DNA from: a virus
Lineage: Duplodnaviria > Caudoviricetes
Reading direction: 5' to 3' (one strand)
Virus record (IMG/VR): IMGVR_UViG_3300037307_000478
Span: 1 to 60,680 of that record
Length of the DNA: 60,680 bases
Shown piece after piece: positions 16,905 through 28,150 of the stretch; positions within the stretch are counted from its first letter, which is position 1, and the number at the start of each line of letters is the position of its first letter. The notes beneath the pieces were generated by a model. The model ran no database searches and was not told the origin of the DNA. It was given only the letters and a program-made list of their open reading frames with translations. The position numbers and the translations under genes are program-made.

Positions 16905-18071
16905 ATGAATAACATTGATAAGCAATATCAGAATCTTTTAAAAGATATTTTAGAAAATGGATATGAAAAATCAGATAGAACTGGAACAGGAACATTATCT
17001 GTATTTGGTAGACAAATAAAACACAAAATGTCGGAAGGGTTTCCTCTTTTGACAACTAAAAAAATGTACACTAAGGGAATAATAACTGAATTAATATGGT
17101 TTTTGAGAGGAAACACTAATATAAAATACCTAATTGAAAACAATTGTCACATCTGGGATGGAGATGCTTGGGCAAATTACTCTAAAAAAGTTATTGCTAA
17201 TAATCTACATTTAATGCTGGCTTCTAATTTGCCAGTAACAAAAGAAGAATTTATTAGTAGAGTTCAAAGTGATGAAGAATTTAAAAACCAATGGGGTGAA
17301 TTAGGACCAGTGTACGGTAAGCAATGGAGAGATTGGGGTGGTAGAAGTGAGATAGTTTTAACTAATGAAAGAGACGAAAATGGATATTTAAAATATAAAA
17401 AAGTACATCACAATGGTATCGACCAAATTAAAAACTCAATTGAGTTACTTAAAAAGGATCCTGATTCGAGAAGAAATATAGTTTCTGCTTGGAATGTTGG
17501 TGAAATGGGTGAAATGGTTTTACCACCATGTCATAATTTTTTTCAATTCTATACTAGAGAATTAACAAAATCAGAACGTGCTGGTATACAAATTAAAACC
17601 AATGATTATCAGTCTTATTATACAGATGATGAAATGGATAAAAACAATATTCCAAAAAGAGCAATATCTTTAATGTGGAATCAACGAAGTGTCGATACTT
17701 TTTTAGGATTACCATTTAACATCGCATCTTATGCATTTTTATTGGAAATAGTTGCCAAAATTGTAAATATGGTACCTGATGAATTGATAGGAACTTTAGG
17801 TGACACACACCTATATTTAAACCATATTGATCAGGCGAAAACACAAATAGAAAGAGATCCATATGAATTGCCATCATTTAAATTTAGTGATAAATTTTTG
17901 GAGATTGTTGATAAGTATAATGGCACATTTACATCAAAATTAACTGGTAACACACCAGATTATGGATATTATAAAGAAATAAACAGTGTTTTTAACTCAC
18001 TAACACAATCGGATTTTATACTCAGTGATTACAATTCACACCCAACTATAAAGGGTGAATTATCCAACTAA
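16905..18071 (+). CDS. thyA: thymidylate synthase with insertions
   Basis: DRTGTGT, FPLLTTKK, LGPVYGKQWR, LPPCH, QRSVDTFLGLPFNIASY, GDTHLY. Confidence 0.97.
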   Translation: MNNIDKQYQNLLKDILENGYEKSDRTGTGTLSVFGRQIKHKMSEGFPLLTTKKMYTKGIITELIWFLRGNTNIKYLIENNCHIWDGDAWANYSKKVIANNLHLMLASNLPVTKEEFISRVQSDEEFKNQWGELGPVYGKQWRDWGGRSEIVLTNERDENGYLKYKKVHHNGIDQIKNSIELLKKDPDSRRNIVSAWNVGEMGEMVLPPCHNFFQFYTRELTKSERAGIQIKTNDYQSYYTDDEMDKNNIPKRAISLMWNQRSVDTFLGLPFNIASYAFLLEIVAKIVNMVPDELIGTLGDTHLYLNHIDQAKTQIERDPYELPSFKFSDKFLEIVDKYNGTFTSKLTGNTPDYGYYKEINSVFNSLTQSDFILSDYNSHPTIKGELSN

Positions 18072-18072
18072 T

Positions 18073-18110
18073 AAAAAAAGTCACATATTTCTATGTGACT
18101 TTTTCTTTTT
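18073..18110. terminator. bidirectional intrinsic terminator
   Basis: AAAAAGTCACATA-tttc-TATGTGACTTTTT between convergent thyA and sheath genes. Confidence 0.85.
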
Positions 18111-18124
18111 TTATTATTCAATCA

Positions 18125-21100
18125 TTATGGGATTATAAAACCACCACTTTGAATTGCTCCAGTTCTTAAGATTGTAATGTTATTTACAATTATACCCATA
18201 CCCTTAATTGGTTCAACATAGGTATCAAGAACACCGATTTGATTATCTATTACTTCAGGTGGATTATTTTCGTCATCACACTTATTAAAGTAATTATATA
18301 AACCATTTCTACTTACATAAGTTTCACAGATAACATCAGCTCTCAACTTGATTTCAGCTCTTGTTTCAGGTGTGTTAAATTTCCATTGGAAGTCTAACAA
18401 CATTCTTGACAATTCTCTTTCAAGTTCGATTAATACTTCTCTTACATGGATGTAAGAAAGAGCTGACTTGTATAGAGTTTGAGCGGTATTTTCAGTTTCG
18501 ATAACGAATCCTCTATTACGCTTGAACACAATTGGGTTCATTTGAGCCTGATTTAAGTTTTCAATGTCTACATAAGAGAAGTCCATTTCAACATTATCAA
18601 ATCCGGTTACTTTACCATTTGTAACACCCGCAGCTATAGTCCAAGGAACTATTGAAGTGATATTCGAATTGTGTTTTCTCAAATATGTTGTAGCTACGAA
18701 CATTGCAGGTGGCACTTCAAGTATTCTATCATTATCATTTATCTGTAGATATGGGCAGAAGTAACCAACCGTAGTAGAACCTCTACCATCTCCGAATGAG
18801 TAGTAGAAATTAGGATTACTTTCAGGATTTGCTCCTTTAGCAATGTAACCTGTATCTAAAACTCCAGATTCGTTTGTGAATGATGGATTAGTTGAGTTTT
18901 TAAACTGCTTCATTGAAGGCATATTTATGAATCCTAAACAATCCAGTCTATCACCACAAATATCAACTAATTGTTGTTTTGATCTTTCGGTTAAACCTAA
19001 GCCAAACGAATCTATTAAATATCTGAAGTCAATTGCTTCTTTATTTACTAAAGCGTTGAAGATAGGTGTTCCTTTAGCAACTAAATTTAATATTTCATTT
19101 TGTCTTTCTTCAGTTCCATCAGGAATTGAAGCTTGTCTGATTTTAAAGCCACCTAGAGTTATAGCTTTGTAACTATTGAAGTAATCTTTTACTTGAGTAT
19201 ATCTAGTAGTTTGATAATCAGGAGAAGTTGTAGTACCTAAGTTAACAACATTGATTCTAGCATCACAAGAAATTTCTACTAAGCTAGTATCAGCAGCGTA
19301 TGCTTTCTTTCCTAAGATTCTAGTTAGTTTCTTAGGTGTTTCACCTGGTTGTAATAGGCTATTATCAACATATGCTTCTAAGAAATCACCAACTTTAATT
19401 ACTGAGTATCTTTCAGCGTCAACTAATATTTTGTTATTTGAGCTGACATATCCAGCTGGATAAACAACTTCAACTGTTTGCTTATAGTTTACTTTGTTAG
19501 AATAAACATCCATTGAATATTTGTTAAGAGCTAATTCAGCATTAGTCAATGCTAAAGCAGTACCACTTGAGTTAACCAATGTAACATTTAATGATTCAGT
19601 GATATCAATAAACATACTTAAATAATGTTTAAGATCTTGATCGTAAATTGAAGTTATATTTAATAAACTTTCATCTACAACTGTTTCTTCTAATCTGAAA
19701 GCATATACACCATCAGTACCATCTCCAATACCAGCAGTTGCTCCATTAACTTGAATTGAGTTAGCTTCGTTTAAACCATCTGCAATTGTTAAAACAGTAT
19801 TATTTAACAATGAGTTAGGTAATAACATTTTATCACCAGCTGTTGTTATTGATGGCCAAGCTCCAGCGGCAGCACTTCCAGATGTAGTTGTTAATACTAT
19901 ATAAGGTTGCTGATCATAAGTAAGGAAATCAACATTGAATTCATCACCAGCTTCTCTATCTACATAGTTAGTATAGAAGTAATCGCCATTATTTATAGTT
20001 CCGTTTAGGAAGTTTAAGTAAAAGTCAGAATACTTAGCAGCTACACCTTCTGTTGAAGTCCACACTGTATCCTTAGTAACAATTGTATTTTTTCCTAAGA
20101 TAAATTCGTTATCTAAAGTATACATTACTAATAATCCATTTGCTAAATGAGGATATAATGATAAATCATCAAAAGTTAATGTAAATGCCTTATTTTCTAA
20201 ATCACTTGTGATTATACTAGAAACTGTAACATTTTCTAAAGATAGTTTTTCGAAAGTAGATGCGTCTACTATCATAGTCATTCTATCTTTATTTGGTGAA
20301 CTTAATAAATTAACTAAGTGATTGAAATACTTAATCTTTCTATATTGTAAATAGTTGCTTGTATCTGCAGAATCATCAGTATTTAAGAACTCAACTACTA
20401 AATTATCTCCGTCAACTGTGCAAGTATAATCGGTATTATGTACAAATTCAACATAAGCAGTTCCATCTACAGAAACATGATTTCTTACTAAATTACTAAA
20501 TGTGCCGTTTGAATTTAAGTCTACAGTAAAGTAAGTTAATACAATATCAGATGCATTTACACTTGGATTTACACCAGGTGTTGTTCCAAGTATTGCTCTT
20601 ATTTCACCAGTTGATCTTAAAACTACAGCTACTGTGTAATTAACAGTAGTATTTGTTGAAGGGAAACTAGCTGTTGCTATATTAAATGTTGCAGGACCCG
20701 AAACATCAACTTTAACGCCTCCTATTATAGCGTAAGCTCCAGTTCCTAATGTGTAGCTAAAGGTAAATCCGCTAGCTCCTGATGTATAAGAAGCTAATGA
20801 TACGTTATAAACATAACCTTCACCGTTTGTAGCTCTTCTACCATGGTCATCACCAACAACAACACTTCTGAATGCTGAATAGGTACCAACGAGTGCTGAA
20901 ACATTACCAACACTATCTAATCTAACTTCACCATAATTAACTATTTCATTTATAGTTCCTTTGTATGATAAGAAATCTATACTAGAAATTTCAGTTCCTA
21001 CTAAAGTATTACCTAATAAATCTAACATTCCAACAGGATAATCAGTTTCAACAAGGTCAATATTGAAAGCACAGAATAAACCACTTTTATCAGTATCTTT

Positions 21101-21940
21101 GTTTATAACACTTTCAATAAAAATATTTCTACCATTACCATCTCTAAAATATGGTATCAATGATAAACCTTCATAATAACCTAGTAAATTAATATTTCTA
21201 TCGTTGGCAAATTCTCTAACCATAGACTTTTTAAGACCATCACTGTCAAAATATCTAGACCATCTTGGATCAACTGACAATACAGAATAATTAGACCAAT
21301 CACCGCCAACAACTATAACATCTACCATATAGTCAGATGCGTAGTCATTAACATTCAAATATGGGGGAACTTTTTCTGCAGTACCATACCATTCTATCAA
21401 TGTTCTGTCAAATCCAGTTAAGTCTGTTTTGAATATGAATACGCTTATAGGTCTATCAGATACATTTGTGAAATTAATAACAGTATCATTATATGCACTA
21501 TCATCTCTAGTCATATCAATGAACTCATCGGTCTCTCTTTTCCAGAAACCAGTTGTGTTAAATAATTTTCTATATGAATCATAAAGTAAGTCTCCATTTA
21601 ATTTACTTGAAGCTGCAGATAATTGTCTATACTGAACTTGGTCTAAAGTATCATCTGTAGCCAAAAGATTAAGAGCGTATACCGGAGTTGACTCTAATAT
21701 TTTTGATATGGTTCTGTGAAAATATGAACCTTTTCTTTCTAAACCTCTATCAATAGGTCCAAAAATGCTCTCTAAGTCATTTAAATTAGTTAATCTAATA
21801 GGATTGTTAACTGGACCTTTTTTGGAAAAACCAATAACCATTGTATCTACACCCTCAGTTGTAGGGCTAGTGATTATTGATTGATCAAATTCTTCTACGA
21901 AGATACCCGGTCTTTTGTATTTACCAATTTGAATTGCCAT
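18125..21940 (-). CDS. contractile tail sheath protein (gp18-like) with large insertion
   Basis: RPGIFVEEFD, GFSKKGPVN; C-terminal VPPA..PWTIAAG..NPIV..SALSYIHVR..CDDENNPPEVID..YVEP. Confidence 0.93.
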   Translation of the reverse strand: MAIQIGKYKRPGIFVEEFDQSIITSPTTEGVDTMVIGFSKKGPVNNPIRLTNLNDLESIFGPIDRGLERKGSYFHRTISKILESTPVYALNLLATDDTLDQVQYRQLSAASSKLNGDLLYDSYRKLFNTTGFWKRETDEFIDMTRDDSAYNDTVINFTNVSDRPISVFIFKTDLTGFDRTLIEWYGTAEKVPPYLNVNDYASDYMVDVIVVGGDWSNYSVLSVDPRWSRYFDSDGLKKSMVREFANDRNINLLGYYEGLSLIPYFRDGNGRNIFIESVINKDTDKSGLFCAFNIDLVETDYPVGMLDLLGNTLVGTEISSIDFLSYKGTINEIVNYGEVRLDSVGNVSALVGTYSAFRSVVVGDDHGRRATNGEGYVYNVSLASYTSGASGFTFSYTLGTGAYAIIGGVKVDVSGPATFNIATASFPSTNTTVNYTVAVVLRSTGEIRAILGTTPGVNPSVNASDIVLTYFTVDLNSNGTFSNLVRNHVSVDGTAYVEFVHNTDYTCTVDGDNLVVEFLNTDDSADTSNYLQYRKIKYFNHLVNLLSSPNKDRMTMIVDASTFEKLSLENVTVSSIITSDLENKAFTLTFDDLSLYPHLANGLLVMYTLDNEFILGKNTIVTKDTVWTSTEGVAAKYSDFYLNFLNGTINNGDYFYTNYVDREAGDEFNVDFLTYDQQPYIVLTTTSGSAAAGAWPSITTAGDKMLLPNSLLNNTVLTIADGLNEANSIQVNGATAGIGDGTDGVYAFRLEETVVDESLLNITSIYDQDLKHYLSMFIDITESLNVTLVNSSGTALALTNAELALNKYSMDVYSNKVNYKQTVEVVYPAGYVSSNNKILVDAERYSVIKVGDFLEAYVDNSLLQPGETPKKLTRILGKKAYAADTSLVEISCDARINVVNLGTTTSPDYQTTRYTQVKDYFNSYKAITLGGFKIRQASIPDGTEERQNEILNLVAKGTPIFNALVNKEAIDFRYLIDSFGLGLTERSKQQLVDICGDRLDCLGFINMPSMKQFKNSTNPSFTNESGVLDTGYIAKGANPESNPNFYYSFGDGRGSTTVGYFCPYLQINDNDRILEVPPAMFVATTYLRKHNSNITSIVPWTIAAGVTNGKVTGFDNVEMDFSYVDIENLNQAQMNPIVFKRNRGFVIETENTAQTLYKSALSYIHVREVLIELERELSRMLLDFQWKFNTPETRAEIKLRADVICETYVSRNGLYNYFNKCDDENNPPEVIDNQIGVLDTYVEPIKGMGIIVNNITILRTGAIQSGGFIIP

Positions 21941-22002
21941 ATTATGTTTTTTTATTTTTTATTACATTATATATTATATTTTAAAATCAGATTTTTTCTA
22001 TT

Positions 22003-22569
22003 TTACTTCATCTTTATAAAATAATCTATTCTTTTTTTATTATCTGTAAAAGATGACTTCATTTCCTTTAGTTTTTTCTCAGTGCTTCTCTCCAAGGAAA
22101 CTATTTCGTTTTTAATTTTAGATAATCTAGACTTTAAATCATTTATCTTACTTGTGGTATAGTTTATATCTTGTTGTAGAGATACTTTTGCTTCAGGATT
22201 TTCTGATATTTGTCCCTTTCTATCTGATATTAATTGATCTTGATCAGAAATTTCTTTTTCTATATTTTTTAGCTCTCTCTTTTTTTCAGCAGCTTGTGCA
22301 TATAATCCAAGTAGAGGATTTAAAAATTTTATTTTCTTTTTGTCTGTAGTATTTTGTTCAATAAATTTTTGTGCTGATAATTTAGAGATTAAATCTTTTT
22401 CATCTTTATAAATTATATAGATATTATCTAATGTAACCTTCTTAGTTAAAAACTCTTTAATATAATTTTCCATATCATTAGCATACAATTTTTGTGATGC
22501 CAATTCTGCTGGATCATTTTGATATACATTATATAACTCATTTACAAAAGATTTATATGTTCTTATCAT
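22003..22569 (-). CDS. coiled-coil protein with MIRTYKSFVNE leader
   Basis: The leader closely resembles the T4 internal-protein targeting sequence. Confidence 0.75.
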   Translation of the reverse strand: MIRTYKSFVNELYNVYQNDPAELASQKLYANDMENYIKEFLTKKVTLDNIYIIYKDEKDLISKLSAQKFIEQNTTDKKKIKFLNPLLGLYAQAAEKKRELKNIEKEISDQDQLISDRKGQISENPEAKVSLQQDINYTTSKINDLKSRLSKIKNEIVSLERSTEKKLKEMKSSFTDNKKRIDYFIKMK

Positions 22570-25328
22570 TTTGTCTTCTTAAATTCTTCTACTAACTTAC
22601 CAGAATCTTTGATTTTTCTATCTTTTTTGCTTTTTATAGAAATTTTGTCATAATCAAATTTTAATGGTGTTGATTTTGTTGGTTTTCCGTTCTTATTTAT
22701 ACCTGGTACTACTAAAAATTCTATTTTTTCTATCTTTTTTGTTCTAGAAACTATTTTAGAATAGTCGCCATTATCGACTGATATTAGATCGGTAGCTTTA
22801 TATTTAAAATTTTCACCTTTACTAAATCTATTTTCTCCTTCTCTTAAATCAACTCCGCCGACGTAAACAGTTAAATCTTCACTATATGTGAAATTTTTAT
22901 TTTCATCTTTTAATAAAGAATCATCATATTTTTCACCTTTAGCATTCTTCATTGATTTGAATGAATCTGTTATAATTGATTCTTTAGGATCTCCTTTCTT
23001 ATATTCTTGAAATCTAAAAATTAAATAGTTTGTATTATTTTTATCATCTTTCTTTATAAAATTAGGCCACATTATCATGGAAGTTCCATCATAGAAACTA
23101 ACCTTCATTATTTTATCATTTTGAATATTCTTAATTCCGGGCATAAATGGAACTTGATCAGTAAAATAAGGCTTATCTATTTCACCCTTATCTTCTTCAG
23201 ATACCAATTCTATTTGATTTCCATCACCATTCTTTATATCTTTTCTATCACCAGCATCTTTGGTTCCAAAATATTTTTCCATTAATTCATAACTTCTCTT
23301 TTTGAAAGAAGCTCCTTCGCTATTTAGCATATCATTAATAAAATTAAATAGTGTTTTTCCAGATCCTGGCTTTTTCTCCATAGGTGTATTAGTACTAGTT
23401 TCAGCTTCAGATATAAATTTACCATTTGCTAAAACAGTTCTATATTTTTTATCTTCTAATATTTTTCTAACTCCCTCTTGCCATTTATCATATACAAATC
23501 TTGCAGCCCATGGGCCATAACCAGGACCATTTTCTCCTCTCCATTCTGGTGTTGATCTTCCACTACTTCCGATATATTCATATTCCCTCATAGTTTTTAA
23601 TGATATTCTGCCATTTGGTCTTCCTGATGGTATATAATCTGTAGCGTATAGATCATAAGCCCTTCCAAAAATATTAACTATAGCAATAATTGGATCCTTT
23701 TTATCAGGGGTTATCTCATAAGGCATTTTTTCTAATTCTTCATTCAAATCTTTAGCTTTCTTTTCATCTACCTTCCATTCTTTTTCTTCACCTTTTCTAA
23801 AGAATTTAAACCATGACTTTTTGACTCTATCTTCTTCTGTTGCTTCTGATGTAGATTGTGGATCTATATCATCTGCTTCTTCTTTTAGTAATATAAAATC
23901 TGAATATTTAACTAAAACAGATTCTTTTTTAATAGAAGGATAAGATTTAACTATATTATCAATAGATGTTATGAAGGACTTTAAATGATTTCCAACACCA
24001 CCAGCATCGCCGCCTTCTTTTTTATAGGAAGCGCCATATGAACCCAATAGTCCCATATCTTCTTTAAATGCCATTACAGTTCTTCCGAATAATGATATAG
24101 ATTTAGCAACATCCGAAATACTAACTGTTTGTTGTTCAGATATTAATTCACTTAGAGAAATAGGTTTACCAACAGTATTATAATTTATTGCTACTTGTCT
24201 TCCTATCTCCATTATTGATTTTTTATTTTCTTTAATTTTATCTACACCAGTAGTATTAATCAAAGATTCTAAGTAAGGAATGTATTTAGATATACCTGAT
24301 TTATTCCAAGCATTTACAACTTTATTCCAAGCTCTTTTTGCATCAACTTCCTGTTCTCTTAAATTAGCATCAATTTCCTCTGTGATAAATTCAACAGATT
24401 CTCTTGCGTGCATTTTTTGTAACTCTTCTTTAGCTCTTTTATCTGCTTGCATATCATACTGTGAGGTTTGCCCTGTTACTGTTGTTGATTTATCACCAGA
24501 CTTCATCTTTAATTTGGCCTCATATTTTTTAATTTCGCTGTTATAAAAATTAACTCTTTCTTTATTATTACTATTGGTATAGACAGAAACAGCTTTTTTA
24601 GCCATCTCTATTTTTTTCTTAATTTCGTCTATAGTATTTGTTCTTTGTTGTTTGTATTTATTTTCATCAAAAAATGTTTCTGTTTTTTCACCGTCTCCTT
24701 TAACTCCGGACTGAAATTTAACTGGATTATTTTTAATATCAATATTCAATTTAATTATGGTAGAAATTAAAATTTTTGAATTATTAAAAAATATAATAGC
24801 TGGATCATTCTTAGAACCTTGATCTTCTGAATCACTCGATTCACCATCAGATTCCTCATCGGTGTCTTTATCAGTGCGTTCAATTTCTAATAAATCTTCC
24901 TTGAATTTTCTTAATTTTTCTAAAAGTTGTTCTTTATTTTCTATTTCTGACTTTTCAACTTCAGAAATGGTTGTGTCAATAAGCCCTTCTAATGTATTAG
25001 TTCCTAATAAAACATTTAATTTTTCTTGTATATCTTTATCACTTTCGACTTCTTTATATAACTCTTCAAGAATCATTTTATATTTAACTTCATTAATTCT
25101 TTTATTGATATCATCAGATGCATAATATTCTACTAAAGAATCAAGTTCTTCTTTTAATCTTTTAATTACATTATTAACTTTAGTATACTTATATCCAATC
25201 TTCATTTTTCTAATGGTTGAATTAATAAGTCTTCCAAGTAAAGAGCCGCCCCATGTTATATCATTCTCAAAAGCTTCATTTAATAAAATTTCAGATTTAT
25301 ATAATTGGGTATTTTTTATATACTTCAT
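22566..25328 (-). CDS. large putative internal head protein
   Basis: 920 aa; MKYIK..LLNEA start; many I/L-x-E sites (ITEE, ISEQ, LKEE, ISEA); internal LVKYSDFILLKEE. Confidence 0.65.
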   Translation of the reverse strand: MKYIKNTQLYKSEILLNEAFENDITWGGSLLGRLINSTIRKMKIGYKYTKVNNVIKRLKEELDSLVEYYASDDINKRINEVKYKMILEELYKEVESDKDIQEKLNVLLGTNTLEGLIDTTISEVEKSEIENKEQLLEKLRKFKEDLLEIERTDKDTDEESDGESSDSEDQGSKNDPAIIFFNNSKILISTIIKLNIDIKNNPVKFQSGVKGDGEKTETFFDENKYKQQRTNTIDEIKKKIEMAKKAVSVYTNSNNKERVNFYNSEIKKYEAKLKMKSGDKSTTVTGQTSQYDMQADKRAKEELQKMHARESVEFITEEIDANLREQEVDAKRAWNKVVNAWNKSGISKYIPYLESLINTTGVDKIKENKKSIMEIGRQVAINYNTVGKPISLSELISEQQTVSISDVAKSISLFGRTVMAFKEDMGLLGSYGASYKKEGGDAGGVGNHLKSFITSIDNIVKSYPSIKKESVLVKYSDFILLKEEADDIDPQSTSEATEEDRVKKSWFKFFRKGEEKEWKVDEKKAKDLNEELEKMPYEITPDKKDPIIAIVNIFGRAYDLYATDYIPSGRPNGRISLKTMREYEYIGSSGRSTPEWRGENGPGYGPWAARFVYDKWQEGVRKILEDKKYRTVLANGKFISEAETSTNTPMEKKPGSGKTLFNFINDMLNSEGASFKKRSYELMEKYFGTKDAGDRKDIKNGDGNQIELVSEEDKGEIDKPYFTDQVPFMPGIKNIQNDKIMKVSFYDGTSMIMWPNFIKKDDKNNTNYLIFRFQEYKKGDPKESIITDSFKSMKNAKGEKYDDSLLKDENKNFTYSEDLTVYVGGVDLREGENRFSKGENFKYKATDLISVDNGDYSKIVSRTKKIEKIEFLVVPGINKNGKPTKSTPLKFDYDKISIKSKKDRKIKDSGKLVEEFKKTK

Positions 25329-25421
25329 AGTGATAACTTAATATATTTGATTTATATATTAAAAATATTTAGTCGGATTTTAATCATTTCTATTTTAATA
25401 TATAAAAGAAAATCTTTAAAG

Positions 25422-25871
25422 ATGATTCATATCAAAAATTTTGACTCATTTAAAGAATCTGTTTTGAGTGATTTAAAATCTAAAATTGGTTCTAGCTTAA
25501 GCAAAATTGGTAGATATAGTAATGAGCAAACTACTTCTAAATTAAGAAAATATAAAATTTCATATAAAAAGAAGTCTGATTTTCATTATGAATTCCTTCA
25601 TAATAAAAGAATTATTGCAGAATTATATCAAAAAGGTGAACACTTGGGTAGTCCACTATTTAAGTTAGATATTTATTTATATAATTCAGAATGTCCATCA
25701 GAAAACGAAAATATAGAAAAGAATTTTAAAGGACAGAATGAACAACCTTATAATAAAATATCTAAAGCATATTATAATACTGAAAATGCTATCGATGATT
25801 TAGTTAGATTTTGGTCAACAAAAACTAATTCTGGAAAAGAATTAAATAATGATTTAAAAATTAAATTATAA
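25422..25871 (+). CDS. hypothetical protein with MIHIKNFDSFKES leader
   Basis: Start reassigned to 25422, after AATATATA at 25397-25404. Confidence 0.7.
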   Translation: MIHIKNFDSFKESVLSDLKSKIGSSLSKIGRYSNEQTTSKLRKYKISYKKKSDFHYEFLHNKRIIAELYQKGEHLGSPLFKLDIYLYNSECPSENENIEKNFKGQNEQPYNKISKAYYNTENAIDDLVRFWSTKTNSGKELNNDLKIKL

Positions 25872-25943
25872 AAAATCCACTAAAAATAAATATTTAGATT
25901 TTTTACATTTTTAAATCAAAGAATATATAAGTTACATTATTTT

Positions 25944-26243
25944 ATGAGATTTGAACAGCTAGTTTACGAAGAAAAAACATTTAAGGATCCTAAAAAAATA
26001 CATCAAATATTATCCAAAGAAGGATTCTATTGGCTGCTTGACTCTGAAATCGAAGATGCTTCAATCGAAATTATTAAAAATACATTAATATGGCATTCTG
26101 GAAATTTTTATTCCGGCAATTGGCATTATGGCATCTGGAAAAATGGAAATTTTTACGGAATGTGGGAAAATGGAATTTTTGAAAATGGGAATTTTAAAGG
26201 TAAGTTTATAAGTGGTATAATACCTCCTTCCGTGAAAATATAA
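25944..26243 (+). CDS. small protein with five-residue G-x-[WF]-x-x repeats
   Basis: GNFYS GNWHY GIWKN GNFYG MWEN GIFEN GNFK. Confidence 0.7.
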   Translation: MRFEQLVYEEKTFKDPKKIHQILSKEGFYWLLDSEIEDASIEIIKNTLIWHSGNFYSGNWHYGIWKNGNFYGMWENGIFENGNFKGKFISGIIPPSVKI

Positions 26244-26253
26244 AAAATAATTC

Positions 26254-26703
26254 ATGGAGATGAAAAGAAGAAGAACATTAGACACAACAATGATTTACAA
26301 TGGAAAATCAGTTATCATTACTAAAGAAAATAACCAAGAATTATTTTTCGAGATTCAAAATAATATAACAACAGATTTAGCGGAAGCAGTTTCAATTATG
26401 ATGAAGTTGGGTGTTAAAGATGAAAATGTTTGGAAAATCGAAATAGAAAATAATAAAATCATAGACCCCGAAAAAACATTATATTGGCTAAGTGGTGGTG
26501 ATAAAGAGTGGTTAACAATGGAAAACTACAATGCCCCATGGTTTACTTGCCATACAGATTTTTGTGAAAAATACTCTAAAGTTGTAATAGATATTATTAA
26601 TAATTCTAAAACTCTTGGAGATATAAGAGACAAATTTAATAAAAGTCTAAATTTATCAATACTTTATAACTTTGCTTTAAGTAAAGGATTTATTAAACTT
26701 TAA
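26254..26703 (+). CDS. hypothetical protein
   Basis: 149 aa ORF in operon. Confidence 0.7.
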   Translation: MEMKRRRTLDTTMIYNGKSVIITKENNQELFFEIQNNITTDLAEAVSIMMKLGVKDENVWKIEIENNKIIDPEKTLYWLSGGDKEWLTMENYNAPWFTCHTDFCEKYSKVVIDIINNSKTLGDIRDKFNKSLNLSILYNFALSKGFIKL

Positions 26704-26721
26704 TTTTTTAATATATAATTC

Positions 26722-26937
26722 ATGGAAGATATTAAAAGGTCAGTTTGTAAAAATCCATGGTGTAAAGCTACTTTTGAGTATAAAGAAGAATTTGCTCCAA
26801 ATTTTTGTAAAAAATGTGAAAGTTTTGATAAGGAATTATCAGGAGGAGTAACATGGACTGAAAAAAATTATGAAGGTAGTAGATACGATGGTATGCCACA
26901 TATGACATCTATTAAAGTAAATAAATTTTCAAAATGA
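26722..26937 (+). CDS. small zinc-binding protein
   Basis: CKNPWC...CKKC; late motif upstream. Confidence 0.7.
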   Translation: MEDIKRSVCKNPWCKATFEYKEEFAPNFCKKCESFDKELSGGVTWTEKNYEGSRYDGMPHMTSIKVNKFSK

Positions 26938-27788
26938 AAATAGCTCATTTTTTTGACATAGATACATTAATTGATTTAAGTGGAAATATTTGGATTATCG
27001 ATAAAAATAATCCAAATATTCCTATTTTAAAAATTTCTAAATCCGATTTTAATTTGATAAAAAGTGGTATCTATAAATCACAAGGAAATAAGATAGATTA
27101 TAATGGTCAAATATTTTGGCTTCCTAACGATATATTTAACAAATTAAAAGTAAAATTAAAGCTGAATGATGTTAGTTTAGGAAATATAGGTATATCACTA
27201 CAAGAATTTTTAAATAAAGATATAATTGATAATATTAAATTTGATTTAAATTTAGAAATTATAGAGAAATTAAAAAACAAAACTGATGATATCTATGTAG
27301 TTTGCTCTAAACAAACAATGAATGTTTATCAAAAAACTATTAATAAAGTAAACGAAAAATTGAAAGAAGAGGGAATTTTAATTAAAAAGTTTTACTTTAT
27401 TAACGAGTCATTCTATGATCAGGATGATGATTCTAATAGATTTAAGAAAATAAGGTTATTATTACAACATTTAGTTGGATATAAAACTCAAGTTAATAAG
27501 TTTATTAATGAAGAAATTAAAAGATATGATGAGATTTACTTTTATGATAATCAAAATGATACTTTAAAAATTGAGAATGAATCCAATATTATACTAAAAA
27601 GATTAATTGATTCATCTGAGGATGGAATTAAATCAGTTATAAAAGAAGATTTAGAAGAATATAAACCTGTTTTAATTGTTAACTTCATAACTGATAATAC
27701 AAGTAATCGTATTATAAGTAAAAAGGTTAAAATAGAGTATTCAAGGCTAATAAGAACATTTGAGTCATTTATTTCAAAATATCTGTAA
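26934..27788 (+). CDS. HAD-superfamily-like protein (degenerate)
   Basis: HFFDIDTL, VCSK, YFYDN; C-terminal RLIRTFESF. Confidence 0.55.
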   Translation: MKIAHFFDIDTLIDLSGNIWIIDKNNPNIPILKISKSDFNLIKSGIYKSQGNKIDYNGQIFWLPNDIFNKLKVKLKLNDVSLGNIGISLQEFLNKDIIDNIKFDLNLEIIEKLKNKTDDIYVVCSKQTMNVYQKTINKVNEKLKEEGILIKKFYFINESFYDQDDDSNRFKKIRLLLQHLVGYKTQVNKFINEEIKRYDEIYFYDNQNDTLKIENESNIILKRLIDSSEDGIKSVIKEDLEEYKPVLIVNFITDNTSNRIISKKVKIEYSRLIRTFESFISKYL

Positions 27789-28149
27789 GACATTTAATTA
27801 ACCCATCATATTGATCACATTTGTAAAAATGCTCATCTTGAAATCTACTTTTTGTATTTTTTACATAATACCATTCGTCTTTAGTAATACAAATATGTAT
27901 AGTGCTTATTATTTTCCTAAGTGTCAAATAATCACCATCACTACTTCTATAAATAAAAATTGATTTCTCATCTTTGGGGATATGTTCAACAATTTCAAAT
28001 CTAAGTGTTTTTAAAAATTCTTCTATTCCTTGAACAAATTTATAATCGACATATTCATTTTTAATGGTATTATTCCTCCACTCAATCACATCAATTTCAT
28101 AGTATAAATTATCATTAGACTCAGATATAAATTGATAAAAACCTTTCAT
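27769..28149 (-). CDS. single DEW/CDQ-family domain protein
   Basis: MKGFYQFISES leader; KDEWYYV..FYKCDQYDGLIKCL. Confidence 0.8.
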   Translation of the reverse strand: MKGFYQFISESNDNLYYEIDVIEWRNNTIKNEYVDYKFVQGIEEFLKTLRFEIVEHIPKDEKSIFIYRSSDGDYLTLRKIISTIHICITKDEWYYVKNTKSRFQDEHFYKCDQYDGLIKCLTDILK

Positions 28150-28150
28150 C

